Position numbers and translations under genes: made by a program
Shown: in pieces, positions 49,446 through 61,876 of the stretch
How positions within the stretch are numbered: the first letter of the stretch is position 1
How the letters are laid out: every line of letters starts with the position of its first letter
Assembly (NCBI GenBank): GCA_013265495.1
Contig: MU058206.1
Coordinates: 124,001-186,000 of the forward strand
DNA length: 62,000 nucleotides
Direction of reading: 5' to 3'
DNA from: Vicugna vicugna
Lineage: Eukaryota
Notes under the pieces: generated by a model
What the model was told of the DNA's origin: nothing
What the model saw: only the letters and a program-made list of their open reading frames with translations
The model's database searches: none

Positions 49446-51929
49446 TCGTGAAACAAACATTCCTTTCAGGAACTTGGATCCTGTAGTTCCAGGCACAGAA
49501 GCCACCAGCAGCTTCCTCTTCCTGCATCCACTGCTTGGCCGCAGGCTGGTCAGCAGCCTGTGAGAACCGTGAACATCCGCCCGAGAGGCTCCTTGACTCA
49601 CACCATCCGCTGGGAGCCCAGTCTTCCCTTAAAAGGCCACCTTATCGGAAAGTGCCTGTGATGGCATTTATGAGCTCTATTTTTATCTATGTTGGAAGAG
49701 TCTCAAAGTTAATTCCCAAGCCAAAGACATTAAACTCAGGAACGTGGATGAGCCAGAAAGCATCTACGTGATGCCTTTGAGTCACAGCTTTGTTTTCTGT
49801 GGCAAGGCTTCCAGTCCTCCCAGTCACTGGGCCCTTGTTCTTAAGGACTGGCTGACTCTAAAAAGCTTTTTGATCCCACGTTCATTACAACTAGATCGTG
49901 CAGCCCTTAATGGTTTAGGAAATGGTGTCTCTTCCTTAAGATTCTCTTAACTCTGCTGGGGCCCTCAGAGCATAACACAGAATGGATTGCCAAACACCTC
50001 CCAGTTGATTCAAACCAGCTTTCTATCCCCATCCCCAAATGGAAATGAAATCGTGGGTGATAGCATTGCTAGCAGCAGGAAGGAACGAGGCAGTATGGCC
50101 AGAGGAGAGGGCTCCCAATGAGCTTGGCCAGAGAGATAATTGGACAGAAGCTACAGAAATGAGGAGAGTAACCCAGCAGGGCTGGCAAGCAAGTCGAGGG
50201 CCTGTGCCAGGGAAAGATTTCACTGTCAGAACAGGAGGGGGAGAGAGAGAGGGAGAGAGAGAAGGGAGGAGTATGGAGAAAGGAAAATGACATGGACTGG
50301 AGGGAGGGAGGAGGGCAGCAAGGCAGCAGGATGCAGCAGAGATGGGAAGATTCACAGGCAGTTTGTAGAGAACGTAAAGAGGAGAGAGGGAGCATGAATT
50401 TCCCTTTAATCTGAGTTGGGTAATTTGGGAGAAGAGGATGTTGGAGAGTCAGGTGGAGGCCCCAGAGAGATGGTCATGCCTGCCACAGCAGATTAGAAGT
50501 GAGAGCCGGGACCAAGTCAAGGAATATTCTCACTCCCAGATTCAAGTTACTGAATTTACCACCATCCCTGCCTCTGGAAATGTAGGAAAGATAGGTTTTG
50601 TCAAAGAATGCTGGGACCGGAAGAACTCAAGCAACTATTTGAGCCCCGTTCCCTTAGCAAAAACCTAAACAATTCAGGGTCCATGCCCCACTGTCTTGCA
50701 CCCCAATTTCCCCTTCCCAGCAGCACACACACAGCGCAGGATCACAGTCCCCTGTGAGCCTCTGCCTCTGCTGGCTGCTCTTGGACAGGGACCACACTGG
50801 GCACTTGGGGTCTGGGCTGAGTCAGCACTGCCTGCGGGAGAGATTGCTTCCTGGAAAGTCTTGCTTCAAAGCTTCTGGATGACTGAGCACTGGGAGGAAG
50901 GAAGAGGCACGCTGGAGGCTGGCAGCATCTTTGGCTTTCAAGATACCTCTCACCAGAGAGACAATCATGGGACAGAAATTTCCATAGTCCAGCTTAAAGA
51001 GTCACTCCAATATACTTCAGGCTGCCGTGGCACCCTCCACCCTCTTTGATTCATGAAATCACATTTTCCAAGCCTGAAAAGATTTCAGGACCAAGATGGA
51101 AGTTCTGATTCCTGATTGATCTAGTTACTTCTCCTTGGAAATTAGACACAATATACTTTCTGAGCCTCAGATGTCTATTTTCCAAAGATACGTCCTTATT
51201 CATTGGGGCAGCAAGAATTCATATGGGGTGCTCCATGTGGGTGCGATGTAGCATCCTCTCTTGATAAATAGGACAGCATACCATTAACAGAAATCAGCAG
51301 ACTGCTCCAGTGGTCAGTCTCCTGCTCTGTCTCTGGGGGGCTGTGATAGAGAGGAGAGTCTAACCCATCCCCACTCTTCTCTTTAACTTGGGAGTTTTGA
51401 TTCCCCCAGTGCAGGGTGAAGGGTCATTTTGATTATCTCACTTTGGACAAGTGAGAAGAGAAAGCCTTTTACTTTGACCCCCACAACTGCTTGCTATGCA
51501 GGGGGCACTCTAGCGGGTAGGCAGTGGGTGGCAGCAGCTGCCAGACACCTTCCCCCGAGGATGTATCAGTTGGTGCCAAAAGCCTATATAAGCTCTTTCT
51601 GATCTCTGTGCCAGTGACTCCAGGTTCTGGAAGGAAGCCAGGAGTCCACCCTGAGCCCTGCATTCTTCTCCACCCCCTCATCCACCAAGAATGAGGAGGA
51701 ATGGCTTGGGAGCTCACTGAGAAAGGAGCCGATGGTTCTTAGACACATTTTCCAGCTGTCACACCTGCTAACATGGGAACTCACACTCACGGGCACACGT
51801 ATACTCAGCAATAAATTGTTTTGAGCTTTCTTGTTCCATCTGTCCCACGCCCAAAGCAGTAGTAATAACTTCCATCAACAAACTGTTGTTCCCAGGCTGT
51901 CTCCTTCTCCCTCCCTTCTTTCCACCCTT

Positions 51930-52930
51930 CCACAAACATTTATTGATGTTTGACTGGCGCCTACCCTGTGCCACTTGCTGTGTTATAGGGGCTAAAGACA
52001 CAAGGACAGTCTTCAGGGAGAAAGTATAAATACTAATCAGATACAAGACAGTGATATAGTGCTGCAATATGGTAGGTGGCAAACTGGTGACTATGAGCCA
52101 AATTGGACCTGTAGACATGTTTAACTTAGCTGGCAAAGAATTTTTAAAATTGACAGGGTTCACGTAAAAATCAATATTTCCATCTTTTTTTGAATTAACA
52201 GATCTGGCAGCAGTCCAAAGGAGGTGAAAAGTCTCTGTCCCCTGTAGATGGGACGTGCCCTCTTGGTTTGTCATAGGCTACATACACCCTCAATCTCACC
52301 CCTCTTCCTGTTGAATTAAACTTGCTCGTTTAGTTCCCCCCTATTCTCTATGACGATTGTGCAGGTGTTAGAATTTGGGATCTTTACAATGAAAAGCCAT
52401 CAGAGGACCCAAAGGAGGGAACCATCAATTCTGCTCAAGGGAGTCAGATCAGAGTTATCCCTTGAACTGAGTTCAAGTACCTTGTTGATTTGATTACTTG
52501 TTTATTGATTCTTCCCTGCCCCCACCGTGAGATGCATCAGGGAAAGGCTTTCGGCGGCTGCCTCCTCCAAGCATCCCCAGCCCACAGCTGAGTGCATACT
52601 TGTGAAATCTGCTGAATAAATGGAGTCGCTAGAAGCATCGAATGGAAAATGGGAATTCCAAGCAAAGGGAACTACAGGAGCAAAGGCATGACAGTAAATA
52701 GTGGAGTGAGAAGCTGCAAACAGTTCGTGGTGAACAGGGAGTGCCAGAAGGGCAAGGAGGGTGGGGTCAGGTAGGGTGGAAGTGGCAGGGATTGAAGCAG
52801 GGAACACAGACTACAGTGGGATCCTGAAGGATTTTTTACAGCGAATTAAGGAAGTGACGATGGGACCTTGGAAGTGATTGAAGGAGTGAAGTCACAGGAT
52901 CAGATTCTTGTTTCCCAGAGAGAATTCTGG
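51930..52930 (-). mobile_element. L2 fragments interrupted by a small hAT-like remnant (about 52070-52220)
   Basis: aaacatttattg...ctaccctgtgcc L2 end and purine-rich L2 body. Confidence 0.5.
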
Positions 52931-53056
52931 CTGGGTAGTAGGGTGGGGAGAAGTGGGACGTTCCAGAAGTAAGACAGAAGCAGCAAGTACAAACTTCAAT
53001 GTTTCCCTTCCCCTTTCTACCCCTGGAACCTCCACTGGGGATCTATTTTAAGAAAA

Positions 53057-53075
53057 TGGTGCCCCCTGCTGACGA
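53057..53075 (-). promoter_or_regulatory. Candidate CTCF site
   Basis: Minus strand TCGTCAGCAGGGGGCACCA, close to the CTCF core CCASYAGRKGGCRS. Confidence 0.5.
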
Positions 53076-53252
53076 AGTCTGGGCTTGCATCTCTGCTTGG
53101 CCGAAAGGGAAATTATAAAATGATTGGCCCTGAACAAAAGTACCTGGAAACCTTGTGCACAGAATTGCAAGTGGTGATGTATCTGAGAATGCCTTCCTTT
53201 CCAAGGAAAAGAGGAGCCCATGAGAATGGGTGACAATGACTAATTCCACAAA

Positions 53253-53443
53253 CAGTGCTGCCGGATAAATACAGAACACCAGCTAAATCTGAATTTCAGA
53301 TAAACAAGACCAAATTGTTTGGTATAATTATGTCTCAAATATTGCATGGGACATACTTATACTAAAAAAGTATGTGCTGTTTATCTGAAATTCCAATTTA
53401 GCTGGGCATATTGTATTTTTATTTGCTAAATCTGACAACCCTA
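53253..53443. mobile_element. MER53 palindromic hAT MITE, essentially full length
   Basis: gaatttcagataaaca...aaatattgcatgggacatacttatactaaaaa...tgtttatctgaaattc...ctgacaacccta; long inverted repeat. Confidence 0.9.
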
Positions 53444-53742
53444 GATAAAGTGTGTTGGAGAGGCCAGGAGACAACTAGGAATGAAATTGGATGTGTTACT
53501 CCTGTTGGGTTTCTCTGCAAATTCAGTGTCATCTCTGTATCTAAACATAAGCGGAAATGATCATATTTTCAGTGGTTCCTAGTCACACAACAGCTCTAGT
53601 TGGGAAATCACTTTTAATTAAATGAGCCCATGATTATCGTGATCCTGTATATGTACCCCTATGAGACTCTAAAGAGATCCCTGGACCCTTTTTACAGAAA
53701 AATAAACCTACTAGCTTGACATACGTGTGAGCACTTGTGTTA

Positions 53743-53766
<24 letters not shown>
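53743..53766. repeat. (AC)12 microsatellite
   Basis: Directly visible. Confidence 0.95.
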
Positions 53767-53773
<7 letters not shown>

Positions 53774-56700
53774 TTACATAACATTGCAGGAGTTTTGAGT
53801 GTTCGTGTGAGAGTGACACATTCGCTCTAGGGTTCTGGTCTGAATGTGCAGTTCCAGGGTCTTGAGTAGGAGGAAATGGTGTCTAGCTAGCCCCTAAGCT
53901 GAAACCTGATGCTTCTGCTAGCTCTGGCCACCCACACACCATGGCAAAACACAGAAGTGGGCAGGAGGAACTATCCTGTCCCTCCCCTTGGAGAATGCCC
54001 TGAACCGCTTCCTTCCTCCGCCTCTCCCAGAAATGATAGGAGTCAAGCATCTTTGGACAGAAAACCCACCGGCCTTCGTGGACTTGTGCCTGAGCTGAGT
54101 GGACGGCTCTGAATGAAACCACTCCTCAGTCCAAGACCTTTGTTCTGCTTTCCAGCCTTCCTGCCGAGGCCCGCATAGCCCCCTGGCTCCTAGTCTGACT
54201 GCGCCTGTCAGAAATGAGCTTTCACCAGTAGGGGGAAATCTCCTGAAACAGTTTCTGGGCGCTCTGAGCTGGGTGACCAAAGCCAGGGCTGAACACCCCA
54301 GGAGCAGACCTTGGGGCAGAGGTGCGGAGTCTCCCTCCCACGGCCCTTAATGGAAAGCCTTCTGGCCCCCACAGCCTGCTCCCCTCCTGGCCCTGCAGAG
54401 GGAAGGCAGAAGCAGCCCAGGTCAGGCGGATGTTGTTTTCAGACTCTCTCAGGATGTTCTAAATGGTGTCACACCTCATTGCATGTTGCTGCCATCTTTG
54501 TCAGCATGCTTATGTGACATTCAGCTCCAGCAGATTGCTTTAGGGAATGCAGGCCCCAGATTGACCAAGTGGTTTCAGGCAAAGAATCGTAATGATATAC
54601 CTGCAATGTATTACCACAGGATAACATTTTATGTTGAACATTTTCTGCAATTAATCAGCTTTTTTATGACCTATATAGTGGTATGATTTCCAACTACCAT
54701 TTCTTCGAAAGGATTCTTTATTCTGAGGTGGATAGCTTTTCCTTAAATTTTGGGAGTTAAAATCTCCTTTTGTAAGCCATATTAGATTTTTTAAAAATGT
54801 CCTTACTTTAAAAAATAAAAAGCCAGTGTATCTATGTCAGCCCCCAAATTATTTGGAAATTCTAATGGATCGTGAAATCCAAAAGGCTGGGAATCACTGG
54901 CTTAGCTTGCTGACCTCTGACATGTGGTGTCACTCACCTTGGGCCCTGCCCCCCCACGAAGTCGTGTGACCTTCAGCTGATGCACTTAGGTGGATTTCAG
55001 GCTTCCTAGTCCAAATATGGGGACACTTGTTTCTGGCCTCAGCTCTCCCCAGGAGTGTTGTAATGATAAAAAGTCATGAACTAAAGAGCTTTGGGAAAGG
55101 AGGCGCTCAGTAAATATGAGATGCTGTTCCTAAAGACAGCTGGTATGTTTCCAGCGGGAAGGGCTGAACGATCCCGCAGAGACCCAGGACAATTTCTCTG
55201 CCAGGACATCTGAGGAAAGTGACCGGCACCACTCATAAAGTGTGCAAACTGTTCCACTGACAAGTGGGACCAGACGGCAGACGCTAAGGGCCTCCTGAGG
55301 AGCTTGGCTTCTCCCCCTCTGAGGGCACAGGTCCAAGATGCAACCAGAACTCGGAGAACCGTGAGTTCTAGTTAATCTCTCAGGGACATGCCCAGGGGCC
55401 TGCTGCAGCTTGTCCCACCTCCCCTAACTTGTTTTTCCGTTTCTAAAAGATGCAGATGCCCACTCGGTCCTCTTCACAAGGGTCTCACTGGGCTGGGAGA
55501 AAACACATCACCCAATCCCAAGTAACTCACTTGAAAGATGATCTAGCCACAGTGAATGTTTAATTCCTGCCCCTTTAAATCCTTTGAAAAATGACATATA
55601 ACTTTTCTTCCTTATAATGGTTAATTCCAGAGCAGCTTTTCGTATGGTTTTACCCCAGATCACATTTGTACATCACTCCCCTTGCCCTGGGCTAAGAGGT
55701 GTACAGGAATGGGAAAAACCACTTTTACCATGAGCCTGAGCACAAACAGCTAAGGAGTTGAACCTGACAGTCTGACCAAAATAGATGTTAAGTATGATAC
55801 ACCGCAAACTAAAAACACCGTGCTTGGTTCCCTCTCCTCCACACGTAACTGAGAATTAACTGCAGATGAAAGTCCTTTGATCGTTAGAAACCTGAGGCCG
55901 CCCAGGGTTAGTGATCAACAATACTTCTGTTTGAACTTGTCTGGTATTTCACGTTTATCGGTACCATTATAACCTAGCGGCGTGTTACCGACTTCAGTGT
56001 AACTTGGCTCTCTCAGTTCCTGTGATCCTGTCGGTAAGCACGCCACCCCGCACGGGCTGGCAGCTTACACAACGTTTTAAAATATCTTCCAATTGAGCTG
56101 AACGACACCTCACTGCAGAGCCGCTCACCTGCCCCTGTGCTCTCACTTGAACTGATTAGAGGCAGGAGCACAGGGAGAAGCCAGGCCGTTTTAAACCCCA
56201 CTTCCCACTTGGCACTGGAGCCAAAGCTCCATTTCCTCTTCCTTTCATCTCCCCACACTCCCCAGCTCAAGCCTCGCCTTGCCCAGACACCTTCCTTCGT
56301 AGTTAGCCCTGCATTTCTGAGATGCAATGATTTATCTCCCCATCTCCCTATGAGATTATGAAGCTCCGAGAGAGTGAGTAGTGGTCCTACTCCATTCTAA
56401 ACTCCCAGTGTGTTCACAGGATGTGGCACACAGAAGGAAGTGTTTGATGAATGGACAAGGGACTGGGTGAATATACCAGAACTGGGGCTCCTGGCTCAGC
56501 AAGGATAGGGCAGGCCTGCTCTGATGTCAGGTGAGAGCCATGCTGAGCTGTTGGAAATCCTTCTTGCACTGGATTAGTATGAGGCACACCTGAGATTCCG
56601 CGTTGGGAATGGTAGAGGGGACAGGGGGAGAGGACTGGCCAGGGAAATGTCTCTTGTTAAAACAACTGGTCCAGGTGAGGACTGCTTGTGGGCCCCCGGT

Positions 56701-57859
56701 CCCAGTAACACGCTCTGACCACCTAACCAATCCCCAGAAGACAGTTTGGAAGAACTATCAGTCCAGTAGGGAAGGACTAACTGATACAACCTTCAGGAGG
56801 AGAAAAACAGAGAGGGAAAAGAGGTGGAGAAAGGAAGGAAGTTCAGCCAGATGTATTTCAAACCTCTTCTCTCAAGCAGGAGTTCAAAATGAGGGGGGCC
56901 TTCGGGGGCAGAGCCGCAGGGACACCCGGGCCCCTAGGGACTGAGATGAGTGCGAGTGAGGCAGGGCTTGAAAGGATGGGCGGGGGGTGGGAGGGCAGCC
57001 GCGCAGGAAGGAGGCTGGGCTCCCATCTGGAGAGCCAAGGGGCTGGGGCTGCTGAACAGATGGAGTGAAAGTTGCAGCTGGTGGAAATGCACTTTCATGT
57101 GTAAAGTTTGGTCCGTAGAGGATTGTGATTTCCAGCTCTGAAGGCAGCAGTGGGCAGGTGGCTCAGCTCCATGCTCCGCCTTCTCCCCCCGTTGCCACCC
57201 AGAAAACTCGACAGCGACTGTCTGCCAGGACTCAGCCACTGTGCCTTCCGCCAGCAGCATCCCTTTCAACAGGCAGAAGCTGGCATGGTGACACCTTGGC
57301 ACAGCCAGGATGGCGGCGGTCTGCAATGCTTTAGCAGCTGAAAGGGGCAGGGGAATAGGAAGGATTAATCCAGCTGCCCCAGGAGGGGACTGGTAGGACA
57401 CAGGACAGACGCGGAGATGGAGGGAGGGAATCAGACCTTCCAAAGCTGTTCATGGCCTACACACTGGGTCTCCGCTCTGGTCTTGGTTGAGCTTTGGCTG
57501 AAGGGAAGGCAGCGGAGAAATGTGAGATGCAGCAGACTCTGAGGCTCTGGGCTCATTTTATCCCAACCTCAAGAGAAGTTTCTTGAGGACAGAAAGTATC
57601 TGTAGTTTTTAAAAGAAGAATCTGCCCACCAGAGCTTTAAGAGATAAACTGATTTTTACATTCTCTGGCTCTACCAGACAGCTACCTGTCCGGGCATATT
57701 TAGACCTTTGTCTACAGGAACAGAGGCCACAAGCACAACTATACAATCTGTAAAAGTTCCTCCCTATAATGCTTAGGCTCCTGGGGGAACTGGCCACCCA
57801 ACCAGGTTAACCACACGCACGGGGGAGCAGCCTGGGCAGTGAGCACCAAGCCCCGCCTC

Positions 57860-58121
57860 TTCCTTCTCCCTTTTTCTCTTTATTTGCCCCAGGCTGTGCT
57901 CCAGGTCATCAAGAACAGAAGCTGCCAACTCTGTCTTATCAAAATCCAAATGCATTTTTTTAGAATATGGGATTCTGTTTCCTTTAAAAAACAAAAAACA
58001 AACAAACAAAAACCCCAGACTGAAACCTAGTCCTGTATCTCTAGCGTGTCCATGTTCCCAAGAGATGTCACTGTTCACGATAATAACTTAAATATCCTTG
58101 GAGTGGAGGTAGTCCCTCTTC
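57860..58121 (-). other. SLC35B1: SLC35B1 3'UTR (3' end approximate)
   Basis: Runs from the stop codon to about 20 nt beyond the first downstream AATAAA. Confidence 0.65.
57879..57884 (-). terminator. SLC35B1: Probable SLC35B1 polyadenylation signal AATAAA
   Basis: Plus-strand tttatt, about 240 nt downstream of the stop codon. Confidence 0.6.
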
Positions 58122-58174
58122 CTAGTGGGATGTCTTCTTGGCTCCTTTCCCAAACTTGGCATCAAGACCTAGAC
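58122..58174 (-). CDS. SLC35B1: SLC35B1 last coding exon, GLGLDAKFGKGAKKTSH*
   Basis: ttccatag|GT CTA GGT ... CAC TAG; phase matches the previous exon. Ends in a C-terminal dilysine ER-retrieval-like motif (KKTSH). Confidence 0.96.
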
Positions 58175-58602
58175 CTATGGAAAGAGAGAAAAAGGGCTTA
58201 ACTTCCCAGAGAGAAATGAAACCCACAAAAGATGTGGCGGGGGGAGGCGGTTAGCCTTGGTTCTCCAAAATAAATGTAACTAGTTTCTAAACATTGATTT
58301 TATAAAACCTCCTCCAAGAAAAGAGATTGGCATCAAATAAACAAAATCACCAAGATGCTGGTAATTACATATGTACATAAACTACAGCAAGACTGAAAGA
58401 AACTTAAGAGTCAAACTTCTAAGCTAGTTCTCTCAGTTCATCCACACCAGCATAAATTGATGGGGAATAAGTATAATAATTTTACCCTGCTCAGTATCTG
58501 GGGAAAGCAGAATGACTGGAAGGAAATCACTACAGTGAAACGCTCCTCAGGAAGACAGGATTAGAGGTAATGCTTCCTTTTCTTTTAAAAATGTTTTCTC
58601 TA

Positions 58603-58798
58603 GGGGGAGGGTGTAGCTCAGTGGTAGAGCACGTGCCTACCATGCACGCGGTCCTGCGTTCAATCCCCAGTAGCTCCATCAAAGAATAAAGAAATCTAAT
58701 TACCTCCTCCCCTCAAAAATGTTCTAAAATTGACTGTAGTGATGGTTGCATATATAGTGAATACAGTAAAAAAAAAAACAAACACAAAACTTGAATTG
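58603..58798 (+). mobile_element. tRNA-derived SINE (vic-1-like) with an L1-like 3' extension, in the last intron of SLC35B1
   Basis: A/B boxes; exact 17-bp TSD taaaaatgttttctcta at 58586-58602 and 58799-58815. Confidence 0.88.
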
Positions 58799-58921
58799 TA
58801 AAAATGTTTTCTCTAAAATAACTAAATTTCATAAATATACAAGTAAATTTTAGGGGGGGGATAAAGCTCTGTCACTGTCCCTTTGTGTGGCCCAGAGATG
58901 TCTGCCCTGGATGGAACTTAC

Positions 58922-59075
58922 CCAAGAACACGAGCACAGTGCCCACCCACTGCATGGGGCTGATAGGGTTGGCGAAGAGGATCACAGAGGCCAAAATGGT
59001 GAAGAACTTTCGAGTCGTGGTGATGATGGAGCAGGTCAGGGGACCAAAATACACAACTGTCATGAAGATGAAGCT
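58922..59075 (-). CDS. SLC35B1: SLC35B1 penultimate coding exon, 154 nt
   Basis: cctccag|AGC TTC ... TTC TTG G|gtaagt; encodes [51 protein letters not shown], with the family TTTRK motif. Confidence 0.97.
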
Positions 59076-59222
59076 CTGGAGGAAGACAGCGAAAGACAAG
59101 GTCAGGCTGGTTCTTGGGTACCTGCTAAGATGTCTAAAGTCTGTTAGCAGGACATCAGGGCTAACCTTGCCACCCCTCTTCTCCCAGCCAGATCAGTCTG
59201 TCTTGGTACTCAAGGCACTCAC

Positions 59223-59329
59223 CTGGCCCAGGGCACTGGTCAGGCCAAAGAGCAGGATGTTATAGATGACGGTAGGGTACCTTTCGGCAAAGCTCAAGAA
59301 CTCCCAGAGCTCCCCAGTGAATAGGATTC
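59223..59329 (-). CDS. SLC35B1: SLC35B1 coding exon (probably exon 7), 107 nt
   Basis: ttcctag|GA ATC CTA ... GGC CAG|gtgagt; encodes (G)[35 protein letters not shown]. Confidence 0.97.
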
Positions 59330-60072
59330 CTAGGAAGAAATGTTAAAAGATGAATGGTGCATCTTGTGTGCCCACACTCGCATGAGTACACCTGCCTATG
59401 GTCCGCTAAAGCACTCTGAAGGAGCGTGGGGCATGGGAAGATGTATGGAATAGTTTGTATCATTTCATCAGGCATCTCCCTTCTGTTTTTCTGATTAGAG
59501 AAGCTAGACTCTTCCGAGAAAGGCCTGGAAGTTGAATTAGTTCTGGCAAAGTGATTGAAAGCAGCGATCCTCAGAAGTTGTGACGATACTGATCCACACA
59601 CCCCTAGCTCAAGGTACCCGCAAACCCAGTCGATTCTAGCCATCAGCAGCCCCCTCTGTTAACCCGTGTTCTGTACGAAAAATGCTTCCTATGTGTGCCC
59701 AGATTTGAAAAAAGTTAGGAAGCACTGATTTAAAAGCAAACTCATTCATGTTTGAACTATATTCAGTATTCACCCCATAGCAGTGTCTCATCCTCCTCAG
59801 AAGAAGACAAGTTCCCAGGGCACCCCAGTGTTTTACTACTGTGTCGTGGTACAGGTCTGCCCCTGACGTGCCAGTAATGAGTAGCAAGCAGAGCCTGCTG
59901 GTGAAGGTTTCTCTAAGGAGGCTTCTCAGGGGTTTGGACATAAGGGCATCTGAGAAGTGAGGCTGACCTTCGGCCTGGGCAAAGTTAGCATCTGGCAGGG
60001 GAACTAGAGATTAAGCAGATGCAGGCAGTCTGCCCTCTGCTGATGCATGGGGAGAACAGCAGAACTGCTCAC

Positions 60073-60199
60073 CAGCTCCCAGCATCAATGTCGACCAAAG
60101 GTTGATGTTCAACATCATGTGGTTGGAGCCTGTTTGGTAGTGAGCCCGCATATGGTCCTGGGAAACGCCTGTCAGTCCATCCAGGGTGAGAGATAAGAG
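60073..60199 (-). CDS. SLC35B1: SLC35B1 coding exon (probably exon 6), 127 nt
   Basis: tttttcag|CTC TTA ... GGA GCT G|gtgag; encodes [42 protein letters not shown]. Confidence 0.97.
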
Positions 60200-60569
60200 C
60201 TGAAAAAGAGTGCGGCCTGCAGTGAGAAGGCTACCGGGCCCCTCCCTAACATGGGACGCAGGACTCACCTTTCTGAGATGCCCCAGAAAGCTGCCGCCTA
60301 AGACAGAGTCCTCAGAACAAAATGCTGCCGTTCAGTCACAGGCAGAGGGTGGGGAGAGACCATGCCAGCTGCCCTCCTCCCCCCAGGCACTGGAATGACA
60401 GGTTATCTGAGCCACACAGATCTAATGTAATCAGAGTAGGGCAGGAAGCCTACCACTTCCCAACATAATGACACACATTCTTCCACTGAAGCTGGAGAGA
60501 GGAAACCTAGTCCCAGTACACTAGCCTCCTGGCTCGGAGCACAGTGCTCCCGAGACTGGATTCTGTGGT

Positions 60570-60800
60570 CACATTGCCTGGATTAGAATACTGGGCAATG
60601 TTAGCCACTAACTCTGCCAATTAACAGCCATGCGACCATAGGCAAGTGATTTAACTTTTCTTTGCCTCAGTTTCTTTATCTGTAAAATGGAGATAATGCT
60701 ATCTATTACTGTTATTGTTGTAAAAATTAATGAATTAATATGTAGAACACTTGGAACAATGCCTACTCCACAGTAAGCAATAGCTACTATAGTATTATTT
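60570..60800 (+). mobile_element. MIR in an SLC35B1 intron
   Basis: ggcaagtgatttaac...gcctcagtttctttatctgtaaaatggagataat. Confidence 0.8.
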
Positions 60801-61130
60801 TTAACTCTGGCTTCCAGGTTTCTTGGAAAGCCACACTGAAAGACTTTTTGCTCTCAGGTCTCTGGGACCTCATACCAGCATTTAGACACAGGCCTTACAG
60901 TCATCCCTTCCCCAGGAGGAGATCTAAACAGTAGTGAAATATTTTAGGCTTCCCACTACCACATGAGCAGAGCCAGGGGCCATGCAGCAAGAGACAAAGA
61001 CCAGAAATTGGAGGCAAGAGACATCACAGCCTGTCTCAAGACATCGAACTGGCCTTCTACCTGAGTAGGTGGGGAGATTCCTTTGTTAAGATCACTGGAA
61101 AAGGCTTCCTTTCCCACCAGGATCACATAC

Positions 61131-61288
61131 CAGGAGCAGCTCTCCATAGCCAACTGTGTGTTCTTCTGTCCCAACTACTTTCTTGGGTTTGTACATGAAA
61201 AGGGCCACTCCGGCCACAATTAGCAACACACACAGGTACTTGGCCATTGGGTACTTCTTCCTCAAAAGGGTCACTCCAAGGAGCATGA
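61131..61288 (-). CDS. SLC35B1: SLC35B1 coding exon (probably exon 5), 158 nt
   Basis: cctgtag|TC ATG CTC ... CTC CTG|gtatgt; encodes [52 protein letters not shown]. Confidence 0.97.
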
Positions 61289-61876
61289 CTACAGGAAAGA
61301 AAGAGAGTGGAAAATTCAGGCACCCATAGGCAGTGATGAGCCCAACACTCTCCTCCTAGGAGCCAAAGACTATGGGAAAAAAGAATGTCTGAGAGAGAAA
61401 GCCTAGAAAGGATCAAAGGAGAGGGCAAGGCTGGCAGCTAGATAGAGCAACAAAGTTGAACAAATAGTGTAAGGCAGGGAAAAGGTAGAGAACAAAGGTT
61501 AAGGGACCAGGAAGGAACAGGGCAAGGGTGGGGCAGTGGGGAGGAGTGAGAGGTTGAGAAAAAGAAAACTGACCATCACATGGGATTTAGGGTATCTAAC
61601 GACAATGTAAACACATGGGACACCAAAATGTCTCACCATGTGAAGCTTAGGTCAGCCTCTAGCTCACAATGAGGAATGCAACCTTATGCACACCCAACAC
61701 CACAGGAAGTGATTCGGCTGACAGGATGGGCAAGGGGAAGGGATGGAATGAAGTCCCTAGAGATAGCTATGGTGGGATGACAAAGTCCAGAGGAACAGAA
61801 AGCTCCAACAGAGGAGGAGAGAGTTTACTGCAGGAAGAGTGAGGATGGAAGATGAGGACAATTTTCTTCTGCTTAC

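Noticed and set aside
46900..57800. Many 60-169 aa intergenic ORFs
   Set aside because: They overlap L2/MIR relics or GC-rich DNA, show no homology I recognise, and form no consistent exon chain.
12613..58700. tRNA-like sequences with A and B boxes as tRNA genes
   Set aside because: Seven diverged copies share a non-tRNA tail, and most have TSDs, so they are SINEs.
58885..59265. 126-aa plus-strand ORF
   Set aside because: Antisense shadow of SLC35B1 exons.
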